Shown here: one piece after another, positions 42,421 through 53,536 of the stretch
How positions within the stretch are numbered: position 1 is the first letter of the stretch
Layout: each line of letters starts with the position of its first letter
DNA from: Octopus bimaculoides
Taxonomy: Eukaryota
NCBI RefSeq assembly: GCF_001194135.2
Contig: NC_068983.1
Location: 67,313,249 to 67,377,248, forward strand
DNA length: 64,000 nucleotides
Direction: 5' to 3'
Made by a program: the position numbers and the translations under genes
Notes under the pieces: model-generated
Told to the model about the DNA's origin: nothing
The model's database searches: none
What the model saw: the letters and a program-made list of their open reading frames with translations, nothing else

Positions 42421-45205
42421 TCGTTCGTTGACAGCAGTTTGAAATAATTCATGGTCTCGGAAGATCTTGGCCTTAACTGAAAAATCAAATCCTTGGATTT
42501 ACTAAATTCGTTTCTCATTTCAAAAAAAAAAAATGTTTAATCAGAACCTGTCGCTACAAGTTTGTTATTTTCTCTCCATAAGAGTTGTGTACCACACAAC
42601 GTTGCAATATCGAAAGAGTTCATTCGAGACAAATGCGATACACTGCACTAGTCTTTTCATTACTATTTTAATCAAGCGTCTTTTTTACGTTCCAAAGATC
42701 AGGTTGGTGAACCCAGATTCAGTATTCATAGAATGTCGAGCATAAAAAGGGTGACCCACTGGATGCAGCTCGCTATATATATATATACGTGTGTGTGTGT
42801 GTGTATGTATGTATGTAGTTACATGCAGTTAAATATATATCCGGTCCATAAGGCGCTTAGTTTTACGGACGACTATATATATAAATATATATACTGAGTT
42901 GTAACTATAAAATGCTCATTTTCACATCCCAATCAAAATGGTGTATACTCTCAGCACATTTTATTGGAGAATCCGTCTGAGAGTTCCATTATAATAGCAA
43001 ACTACCCCGTCATAAATCGTCCTCAACGGAAAATATCGATGACACATATCTACTAGAGATAGTGTGACGTGATCTGATTACCTATGTATATATACTAGTT
43101 TCTTACGCAGTCTGTGGTATGATCTGAAATTAGAATTATCTATTGCGAAGGTCGTATCTAGAAAATAGCCGATTACAAGGTTAGTACTTACTTATACTAA
43201 GTTCCATTTCTTGAAATAATTTAGATTTTTCTGAAATCTATACAACTTATGACCATTAAACTTTCCGGTATGTTCCCATGGATATATTGAACAATTTGTC
43301 GCACTTTTCATGACTTTTATTTCGTTATCACAATTTTTCTCTTTATCTCGCGAAACCAAATTAGTACTTTCAAAGTGTTACACCACAACCTTAAAGAAGA
43401 AACTGTTTTTACATCGAAAATGATTTTTTTCTGATATTCTTTTACTAACTCTACCTACCCTACTCTGGCTTCATACATATGTATGCACGCAATTTAATTT
43501 AATTATACATACATATATNNNNNNNNNNTATATATATATAAGTGTGTATATATGAGTGTGCGTGTCTGTATGTGGTTGTATGTGTGTATGCATGTGTGTG
43601 CGTGTATACGCGTGTGTATATGTGTGTTTGTGTGTGTATGTGTATATGTTTGTGTGCGTGTGAGAGAAAGACAGAGTGTGTGTGTGTGGGAGAGAGAGGG
43701 AGTGAGAAAGAGAGAGAGCGCAGCTGTGTCTTTTTCAGCTCCTCTCTTAGCATTTACTTCATCTTGGTTTGTCTTGTCTTTCTACAAATATTTTTTTACG
43801 TCTCAAAGGACCTTATTCTTGAATCATTCTTTCCTACTTGCGTTTCGAACAACTGAACTCTGTTATATTTCCGAAAGGCATTCTATGTACATATAAAAAT
43901 ACCTGTGTCGTTTATTATTTGTTTATGTTTCCATTACCGCCCTTGCTTTATTATTCTAAATATTTTCCCTTTGTCTTCATAACTCGTTCTTTTTACCGTT
44001 TAGTCAACAGATACTGTTTTTGTTTGTACTTACCACTTTCCGTTATTATTATTTATTTTTTTCTACAGAAACCCATCTTTTCGACTGCGGAGATTACGAA
44101 TCGGCAAAAAAATTGGCATTTCAAAATTTTAATTCCCCCCTACCCCNNNNNNNNNNNNNNNNNNNNNNNNNNNNNNNNNNNNNNNNNNNNNNNNNNNNNN
44201 NNNNNNNNNNNNNNNNNNNNNNNNNNNNNNNNNNNNNNNNNNNNNNNNNNNNNNNNNNNNNNNNNNNNNNNNNNNNNNNNNNNNNNNNNNNNNNNNNNNN
44301 NNNNNNNNNNNNNNNNNNNNNNNNNNNNNNNNNNNNNNNNNNNNNNNNNNNNNNNNNNNNNNNNNNNNNNNNNNNNNNNNNNNNNNNNNNNNNNNNNNNN
44401 NNNNNNNNNNNNNNNNNNNNNNNNNNNNNNNNNNNNNNNNNNNNNNNNNNNNNNNNNNNNNNNNNNNNNNNNNNNNNNNNNNNNNNNNNNNNNNNNNNNN
44501 NNNNNNNNNNNNNNNNNNNNNNNNNNNNNNNNNNNNNNNNNNNNNNNNNNNNNNNNNNNNNNNNNNNNNNNNNNNNNNNNNNNNNNNNNNNNNNNNNNNN
44601 NNNNNNNNNNNNNNNNNNNNNNNNNNNNNNNNNNNNNNNNNNNNNNNNNNNNNNNNNNNNNNNNNNNNNNNNNNNNNNNNNNNNNNNNNNNNNNNNNNNN
44701 NNNNNNNNNNNNNNNNNNNNNNNNNNNNNNNNNNNNNNNNNNNNNNNNNNNNNNNNNNNNNNNNNNNNNNNNNNNNNNNNNNNNNNNNNNNNNNNNNNNN
44801 NNNNNNNNNNNNNNNNNNNNNNNNNNNNNNNNNNNNNNNNNNNNNNNNNNNNNNNNNNNNNNNNNNNNNNNNNNNNNNNNNNNNNNNNNNNNNNNNNNNN
44901 NNNNNNNNNNNNNNNNNNNNNNNNNNNNNNNNNNNNNNNNNNNNNNNNNNNNNNNNNNNNNNNNNNNNNNNNNNNNNNNNNNNNNNNNNNNNNNNNNNNN
45001 NNNNNNNNNNNNNNNNNNNNNNNNNNNNNNNNNNNNNNNNNNNNNNNNNNNNNNNNNNNNNNNNNNNNNNNNNNNNNNCAGAGCACAAAGGATTCCGCGG
45101 TACACGTGTTTCAAGCTTTATAGTCGTTGCATCATTATATTGGTATATAATTGATAGACAGGATGGTATAGAGCTATCTTCAGCTGCAAATATATTCTTT
45201 CCCAG

Positions 45206-45245
<40 letters not shown>

Positions 45246-45559
45246 TTCTTTTTCGGATTTATGATTTACTGACGATCCATTTCGCTCCCCGGCCAAGGAG
45301 TTTTACAAAGACCACGTAGTTTGTGTTAAACGGCTGTCCAACAGGCCGCGCTTCTACATATTCACGGAAACCACATCAAACTCTGAGTAACAGTTTTGTG
45401 ATAATTTTGCAGCTTTAATAAAAGCATATTATTCTGCCTTTGGTATGCGAAAACAATTTTTTTCCACTTTGTTTTGCATTTATACGCTCACTTGTGTATA
45501 CATACATACATACATACATACATACATACATACACACACCGGCTTAACAGCCCTCACCG

Positions 45560-45845
45560 CTTGTTTTTACTGTCTTGCTCTCACTGTCCTGTTTTTGTTA
45601 CCACTTTCATCCTCCGCAAAAAATCCCAAATTTTATTTAATTTGCTTTGCGGGAAGGACTGTTTTAACGAAGTCGCGTATTGTCCCTACCTTCGAAACGC
45701 GTAGTAGATGAAACAAGGGACAACTGATGAAGGGAATGTTCTTTATGTTGCATGTCTCGTTTCTCTGTTTTTTTCGTTGTGCGAAAAAAAGTTTGTTTTC
45801 TATGTTTTCGTTTCTCATTGTGCCTACGTTTTTTTGTCCTGTACC
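45560..45845 (+). repeat. Penelope-pLTR-like repeat fragment with hammerhead sub-motifs
   Basis: GAAACGCGTA and CTGATGAAGG cores in a T-rich repeat next to a (TA)n gap. Family assignment is inferred from the motifs. Confidence 0.35.
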
Positions 45846-47203
45846 CATATATGCATATATATACATATATATANNNNNNNNNNNNNNNNNNNNNNNNNNN
45901 NNNNNNNNNNNNNNNNNNNNNNNNNNNNNNNNNNNNNNNNNNNNNNNNNNNNNNNNNNNNNNNNNNNNNNNNNNNNNNNNNNNNNNNNNNNNNNNNNNNN
46001 NNNNNNNNNNNNNNNNNNNNNNNNNNNNNNNNNNNNNNNNNNNNNNNNNNNNNNNNNNNNNNNNNNNNNNNNNNNNNNNNNNNNNNNNNNNNNNNNNNNN
46101 NNNNNNNNNNNNNNNNNNNNNNNNNNNNNNNNNNNNNNNNNNNNNNNNNNNNNNNNNNNNNNNNNNNNNNNNNNNNNNNNNNNNNNNNNNNNNNNNNNNN
46201 NNNNNNNNNNNNNNNNNNNNNNNNNNNNNNNNNNNNNNNNNNNNNNNNNNNNNNNNNNNNNNNNNNNNNNNNNNNNNNNNNNNNNNNNNNNNNNNNNNNN
46301 NNNNNNNNNNNNNNNNNNNNNNNNNNNNNNNNNNNNNNNNNNNNNNNNNNNNNNNNNNNNNNNNNNNNNNNNNNNNNNNNNNNNNNNNNNNNNNNNNNNN
46401 NNNNNNNNNNNNNNNNNNNNNNNNNNNNNNNNNNNNNNNNNNNNNNNNNNNNNNNNNNNNNNNNNNNNNNNNNNNNNNNNNNNNNNNNNNNNNNNATATA
46501 TATATATATATATAAGACAAATGTAAGCCTCTACGAGTTTCATGCTCCGATAGAAAAGGAATTCTGAGCCTGAAAGATTGCAGGATATACAAGCTCATCC
46601 GACTTATCGGCGTATGAAACTAATAGTGGCTCATATTTAAATCTTTTGTTTATTAAATGATATTCATCTCTCGTTGAATGGAATACTTTTGTGTTGATCC
46701 TACCAATAACGGAACAGCACAGCCTACAAGTCTATGTTTATTAGACCAAAAGTTAACAGCTTATTCTGAATTCCATCCTAGGTTGGGATGTTCACGCTTG
46801 TTGGGTAGATTAAATTGCTTGTAGTCTATAAATGAATGTGTCTGGGTGTATGTAGTCGCTGTTACATGTGTCGTTGAATACTTATTGAAAGTATGTGGTG
46901 ACTAGTAGAAGAGTAGCGTTAAAGTCTGTGTAAGTATGAATGGGTTGGCACAATATTTAACTCTACTCATATTTGAATGATCAATGGATTTATTTGAAAT
47001 TATCAGACAAAAGTTAGATTACCGGAGATGAACTTCGTTATGGATTGAATGACAGAGTTTAATTGATATTGTTAGAAATGTTAAATTTTGGAGATACATT
47101 TTTGCAAACATCCAGACACACAGATGAGCACATGGATCTTTATACACACACACACACACACACGTGTGTGTGAGTACATGCATATGTATATATATATGTG
47201 TAC

Positions 47204-47256
<53 letters not shown>

Positions 47257-47477
47257 CATATAACTCATAAATTAAGAAGGAAAGCTATCAGATGTCTGTG
47301 AATGCAGTTTTCACCTCTCCACCTCACTGATGTTCATCCAACGTTAAGGCCGCTGAATTAGGCTGATACAGTTATGCATAAATTTCGTCACAAATATTGC
47401 TGCCAGAATTCAAAAACCCAGAACATATACTGTAAAGTATTTTAATCCACCCACTAACAGTGCTTCGAATCCCACAA

Positions 47478-47629
47478 CCATCGACTGAAGCTCTTTTATC
47501 GTCCCCGAAAGGATGACAGATAACACTAATGGTGGCAGAGCTTGAACTCAAAACACAACGGGCTGGATTCGTACAAGCGCTGCGAAGTAGTCTTTCGAAC
47601 ACTTTAACGGCTTAACCAATTCGCCGCCT
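47478..47629 (-). mobile_element. tRNA-derived SINE (family D, Deu/Nin-like core), degenerate
   Basis: Reverse complement begins AGGCGGCGAATTGG, then TGAGTTCAAGCTC and CATCCTTTCGGGGACGATAAAA. Related pieces lie at 55314-55450, 60140-60310 and 63917-64000. Confidence 0.65.
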
Positions 47630-47727
47630 TATACATCCAAATATACATGCATTTTGACATGTAGCTAGCTCGATAGGTGCGTGTATGTATGCATGTGTAT
47701 ACACACACACATACACACACACCGATG

Positions 47728-47754
47728 GACAGACAGACAGACAGACAGACAGAC

Positions 47755-47787
<33 letters not shown>

Positions 47788-47803
47788 TATAGATAGATAG
47801 ATA
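47728..47803. repeat. (ACAG)n(ATAG)n compound microsatellite
   Basis: Directly visible. Confidence 0.9.
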
Positions 47804-48275
47804 ACAGCTATGTTATTCTACACGGTAGAAATATTGAAATAAGTTGAAAATGCACTGGGATTCATGTAGATTTTTTATTCTTAAATTTTTAAAACCGGTT
47901 TCACAGATTTCTCTGATTTTCAGAAGTTGAGATAGAAAAACGAGGCGCTATGCTGCAACTGTCTTGCAGCATGCAGTTATGTATATGTGTACACACACAC
48001 ATACATACACACACACATACGCACACACACACACATACATATATATANNNNNNNNNNNNNNNNNNNNNNNNNNNNNNNNNNNNNNNNNNNNNNNNNNNNN
48101 NNNNNNNNNNNNNNNNNNNNNNNNNNNNNNNNNNNNNNNNNNNNNNNNNNNNNNNNNNNNNNNNNNNNNNNNNNNNNNNNNNNNNNNNNNNNNNNNNNNN
48201 NNNNNNNNNNNNNNNNNNNNNNNNNNNNNNNNNNNNNNNNNNNNNNNNNNNNNNNNNNTATAACTATATAAGACG

Positions 48276-49610
48276 TTGACTCAGCTCTCTTCAACTGAAA
48301 GTTTCGCAGGCTCATAGAACGAAATTAGCTCGTCAGGCATCTGGAAATCAAGCTACAGAAAATATGACGAATTCAAGATGGTTTCTAAATGTTAGGCCTT
48401 TATTTTTCAACTCAGATCACGTGATTTTATTGGTCTGGAAGTGACATTAATTCTTTTCTTTGTTCTTAGGTTCACGTGGCCGGATAGGATGTTGGTAGGT
48501 ACATGTCGCTATTATATTTGGTTTATTTAGTGACATCACTTCAGTTTTTCTGGCGACAATAGTAAGATAGTTCAATCTTGTTGATGGATACTGCTGGTTA
48601 CTGAAGTCTGCGTAGCCTCGCACAGAGGAAGAGTTGGAAATCGTGAGATCCAGTTAGGTACAGAGATGCTCTGTCAATGATATTCTATTCGATGTTCGGA
48701 AAATCATTCAAGTAGTCACAGAGTTCTCAAGTCCGACGGGACAGGGAAGTGAAGGTAGCTCTATCCTTGCCCTTGAAGGAGTGCATATGCTGTGTGTATC
48801 CCCTGAAGTCATTGGCTGTCATGTCCGTCTAATGCCATCGGATGGCATGAGGGTGGATACATATATAGATAGCCCTTGAGAGGCAGTATCCTCTCTGTGT
48901 GCAGTGGATAGAATTTTGGTAGTTACAGGTTGGGTGTGTATTGGAGGGAGAGAGGTTTGTGTTTGCGTCAATTGGAGCATGCGATCTTAGAAGTTATGTT
49001 GTTTAAGCAGGAGTAACTGACCTTGACTTTGTAGGGCATTGTAAAGTTTATAATACCTTTGAGTTTTAGAGAAGTTTTTCTAAATTAGCATCAGGAATTC
49101 CTAGCTATGTTGGTTGAAGCTTCTTGGATAAATAGAGGATTGGACCAGACCATCCGATGCAATTTTCCATTTAACCAAGAAGTTTCGTTCCGATTCTCCT
49201 TGGGTTCAAGGGGTGGAGGTACGGAGTCCTCCATGTATACTAGCTTCTCAAAAAATCCAATCTTCGTTAGTGCCTCGTTATAATGGGGTGCAGCTCTATT
49301 GAAAATCTCTTAATCTGCTGATAGTTTAGAGACGCTTGTACTTATGCTTGTAGCTGGTGGGGTTAGGGTTTCTGTGGATATACTCGGTTTCTTCATTGGG
49401 CTTCCTATAAAGGTAGTACTTGTCCGTTTTCATGTCTAGGGTTACAGACAGGAAACGAAATTTGTCAAATTGGAGGTGACTGTTATAGATAGGTCAAATT
49501 CTTGGAAGGTCTTTATCAGATCCTTCCTAACTTTGTTCATGTCATGGCTGTTCATATGAGTTAAGATTGCCAGGCCACCATCCCTATACAGAGCTAAGTT
49601 TTCTAATGCA
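48276..49610 (-). mobile_element. Penelope-like retroelement, 5'-truncated and degraded (RT C-terminal part, GIY-YIG endonuclease, 3' pLTR)
   Basis: Minus-strand remnants: ENLALYRDGGLAIL..MNKVRKDLIKTFQEFDLSIT (YRDD to YRDG); YRKPNEETEYIHRNPNPP; KVKVSYSCLNNI; GYCLSRAIY; GMTANDF; NIE*NIIDRA; NKIELSYYCRQKN* (stop at 48541-48543). Confidence 0.85.
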
Positions 49611-49654
49611 TAAGGGCGATGATGTTTTCTGTTTCCCCAATGAGGTGCACACTT

Positions 49655-49958
49655 TGTAGTGTGTAGCAGAAAATGTAACGAACTTATGTCGCTAAATAAA
49701 ACATACCGCAATCTCCAGATATACCAGTGACAGCTAACTACCAATATACTGTCCAACCACGTGGACCACAGAACAAATAAAAGAACTGAAATCGTTTTCA
49801 GATCAATAACATCACAGGACCTGAGTTTATCAACATATGCTTAACGTCTATAAACCATTTTGAATATATCTCATACCGTCACTCAATCTCCAGATAACTA
49901 ACGAGCTAGTTTCGTTCTACGAGTCTATGAAACTTTAAGGTGGATGGAACTGAGTCAA
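49655..49958 (+). mobile_element. Inverted pLTR copy abutting the 5' truncation of the Penelope element
   Basis: Its reverse complement aligns by eye, with gaps, to 48276-48560, e.g. TTGACTCAG...AAAGTTTC...TAGAACGAAA.TAGCTCGT. Confidence 0.75.
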
Positions 49959-50965
49959 ACTGCTATCAAATAATACACGTGACTCCTACCACAGGTATTG
50001 TGCGACACACAAACACACACACACACATGCACACGTGTTTTTACTTATTATCTTACTGTTCAACGTCCTTATTTTTGAAATATATATAATGCATAAACAG
50101 AGCCTGATAGATTGCTTGGAGATACATGGAGTACTTTATAGATATGCCTAGTATCATAAAAGCATGAAACTATTAGTTGCTCTTTCGGCTGTGTATTATA
50201 TATATATATATATNNNNNNNNNNNNNNNNNNNNNNNNNNNNNNNNNNNNNNNNNNNNNNNNNNNNNNNNNNNNNNNNNNNNNNNNNNNNNNNNNNNNNNN
50301 NNNNNNNNNNNNNNNNNNNNNNNNNNNNNNNNNNNNNNNNNNNNNNNNNNNNNNNNNNNNNNNNNNNNNNNNNNNNNCCCCCCCCCCATTTCTACTTTTA
50401 TTTCTCTCAATAGCCTGATGACTCACCCCTATATCTTCCTGATTTGACTCTTATCTCTTCTTGCCATTCCTTGCTTCAACACTTCCCATACCCTATCGAG
50501 CGACCTCCTTTCTCCCTCCATGCACTACTGCTTGCCTTCCTCTTCACCCATTCTACCTTTAAATTTTCCTACATTATGATTTAAAATGTCAGATTTCTAT
50601 CTCGCCACCCTAAAGACGGAAGCCGGATTTACTCAATGTTTATATGCTTCCATCACTGGTTACATATTTTTGTGAACTACATCTACCAACATTATGAAAT
50701 AACTCCGAGCCCACAGAAACAGCTGTCATACCTTTAACACCATATCTTCTCCTCTTTAATTCTCTGTGCCTTTGCTATCTGTGTACGTTTGCTCTGTTAA
50801 TATATAAATATCTATATATTTATACTTGAATAATCATCGTCTGAAAATTTTCAGTCTTTCTTTTCTCTCTGTATGCAAGTATTTATATTTTGAATGTCTA
50901 AACCAAGCAGTTTTATTTTACTTGCATCATCATCATCATCATCTCTCTCTTTGTCTCTCTTCTCT

Positions 50966-51670
50966 CTCTGGTCCCAGCATGGCATCACAAAGCTAACAAA
51001 AATTTCTGTGTACAGTGCATGTGAACTGACATCGCTCCTTTACTCATGTGAGACATGGACCCTTCATAAACATCATGTAAGGGTCTTTGAACGCTTTGAT
51101 CAGAGATGTCTCAGACACATTCTGAATGTTGGCTGGACATTAAAAACTCCAGACACACTGATCCTGAGGACAGCTGATATCTTGAAAATTGAGGCGATTG
51201 TGCACAGGCACCGGTTACGTTGGACTGGACACCTTATTAGAATGAAGGATAGCAGGATCTCTAAACAGATGCTATATGGGGAACTTGTGAATGGAAAGAG
51301 ACCCCGGCAGAAACCAAGGCTGCGATTTAAGGACTGTGTCAAGTCCTCGTTAAAGGCCTGTGGTATGCAGGAGACAGACTGGGAGAACAAGGCCTGTCAT
51401 CACCACAGATGGAGGAGGCAGGTTGAGGAGGGGGTCGACACTTTTGAGGGAGCACGTATTCTACATGAAGAACTTAATCGTGCTGCTCGAAAGCGCACTG
51501 CTGATGTAGTGAATAGGAAAAGCTTGGTTTGCAATGTTTGCAGTCGTGTATGCTTGTCAAGTGCAGGGCTTATTAGCCACCAACAGAGACGCAAATGCAA
51601 AACATAAGTTAGTCCTAAAGCGCACAATGTTCCTGAAGGCGATCAATGGTCACGAGTGGACGGCCATCAT
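50966..51670 (+). mobile_element. RTE-BovB-type LINE 3' end (5'-truncated), open frame to stop at 51607
   Basis: LWSQHGI..TKISVYSACELTSLLYSCETWT..RCLRHIL..RLRWTGHLIRM..KQMLYGEL..GKRPRQKPRLRFKD with a C-terminal CxxC..SH zinc finger. Short 3' UTR ending GGCCATCAT followed by (GTAT)n. Confidence 0.92.
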
Positions 51671-51698
51671 GTATGTATGTATGTATGTATGCATGTAT

Positions 51699-52401
51699 TT
51701 TTCTTTGAATTTAATTTAAGGTCTTGAGAGAGTTCAAGCCGGTTGCTAACAAAACAAGACTTCTTGAGTTAAGTGAGTTCCCGATGTTGTGAATATATGG
51801 TTGAGTTGGTGTGGTGGTTAAACAGTCGATGCATATACATAAGTATATGTATCTGTTCACATAAGAATTTCACATGGAGAATTTCTGGCGTGTCTTACAA
51901 AACTTCACTGTGCCACCAATAGATTGGATTTGGAGAATTTGCATCTATGTTTTTTGCTCTTTTTCCATGAAACCAAGTGTTTCTAGGTTTTTCTGCAAAT
52001 TTGTTGGGACATGATCTAATGCAGCAATACTGATGGGTACAAACGAGATTTCATAGTCAGAGTACAAGACATGTAAATTCCGCAATAATTCGCCATAAAT
52101 AAATGTTCTCTTTTTTCTGGCCTTTTGATTGTACATTCACGTTTGCTGGGCAGCTGACCTCTACAACAGGACGTGACTTTCGTTCCGTGTCCCATAGAAC
52201 AATATCAGGACTGTTAGCAGCGAATTGATATTTTTATTGGTGTGTTCCACCAGCATTCCTTGTTTTTAAAGGTGTGAATATCTGCTGGTTCTGACATGCC
52301 CTTGATTTATACGCCAGGGCAGTTCTTCCTACGGATAACATTGTAAATAGTCTTTGCAACAATATCATACCTCGTAGACATTTTGGGGCAGGTGCTGATG
52401 T
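51699..52401 (-). mobile_element. RLE-type (R4/NeSL/CRE-like) non-LTR retrotransposon 3' end
   Basis: Minus strand reads HISTCPKMSTRYDIVAKTIY..WWNTPIK..NSPDIVLWDTERK..VVEVSCPANVN..YGELLRNLHVLYSDYEISFVPISIAALDHVP, the end of a zinc knuckle plus a PD-(D/E)xK restriction-like endonuclease. A-rich tail at about 51699. Confidence 0.82.
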
Positions 52402-52660
52402 GTATGTATGAATACATGAAGGTTTAAAGCTGTCACATTAGTGGGTAGTTTTTGGAGCATAGCCGGGGTACCGCTACTAGATTTAATATATTTTAATATA
52501 CGAATGCGAGTGTTTATATGTGCACTTGAGCTTTTGTCATATCATTGCATATACAAGTCATTTAAAAGAGAAACACTCGCGTCTCTCTTTCTATATATAT
52601 ATGTGTGTGTGTGTAAAATATGTATACACCTATCTACGTGTGTGTGTGCATGTGTGTATG

Positions 52661-52792
52661 AATATGTATGTTCATGTGTGTAATTGCATTTAGACAGTTA
52701 TACATGTATAATCCATAATAAAATATATTGTATATATGTATCTACACACACAAACATATTGTACATATATATATGTATATACATACATACAT

Positions 52793-52878
<86 letters not shown>

Positions 52879-52982
52879 TGTGTGTGTGTGTAGACACATG
52901 CATACATATATACAATATATTTTATTAAGTGTTATATATGTATAACTGTCTAAATGCAATTACACACATGAACATACATATT
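52661..52982. repeat. Inverted duplication centred on a (TA)n tract
   Basis: AATATGTATGTTCATGTGTGTAATTGCATTTAGACAGTTATACAT at 52661 reappears as its reverse complement ending at 52982. Confidence 0.9.
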
Positions 52983-53499
52983 CCTACATTAAGAAATATC
53001 CAGACTCAAACATACGAGCGTGTGTGGTGATCATGTAGTGTGCGAGGGGGAAAGGATGAGTGTACATGTGTGTGTATGTGCTTTCTCATATGTTTTAGCA
53101 CATATGCGTAGGTGATATTCTGGTAGGTAAGACGCTCGAATATATCAGAATTTAGCCAGAATTAAGCTAAGTAAGTTCCCTTTCTGGGTGAATGAAACCG
53201 GAGAGTATATTAGCAATTCCTCGGTTTTCAAAATTACATGCCTACATATAGAGAGTATACAGCAAAACATTTACATCTACTTACACTACAATAGGTAATG
53301 TATCTAAACCACTTTTCCAGTTCTTTTTTTTACAGAACAGGATTATGTTTAGTCAATGAGGAGGGATCTTGCTGTTCCTCGGTTTATTTTATCTTCGTTT
53401 CTCTTTCTTTTTAAACCAACACACATACACGTATAGATTGACCGTTGACTGAACACTATTCATTTTTTTTTCTCCGTGTTTTTCTCCTTGTCTCCGTAT

Positions 53500-53536
53500 T
53501 CTTTCTGTTGAAGAGCGTAGCTCGAAACGTCAAAGA
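53500..53536 (+). ncRNA. Minimal hammerhead-like ribozyme with A6U core variant, in a pLTR-like repeat
   Basis: TCTTT-CTGTTGA-A-GAGC-gta-GCTC-GAAA-CG-TC-AAAGA. It has a perfect 5-bp stem I, a 4-bp stem II, a palindromic ACGT stem III and a GUC site. Confidence 0.62.

Noticed and set aside
44020-46598. Long ORFs of 240-440 aa, and similar ones at 20, 23.7, 48, 50, 53.6 and 60.8 kb
   Set aside because: They are open only because they span N gaps.
46515-46605. Hammerhead-like CGGATGAGCT...AGCATGAAACTCGT on the minus strand
   Set aside because: U4 is missing and stem I does not abut the cleavage triplet.
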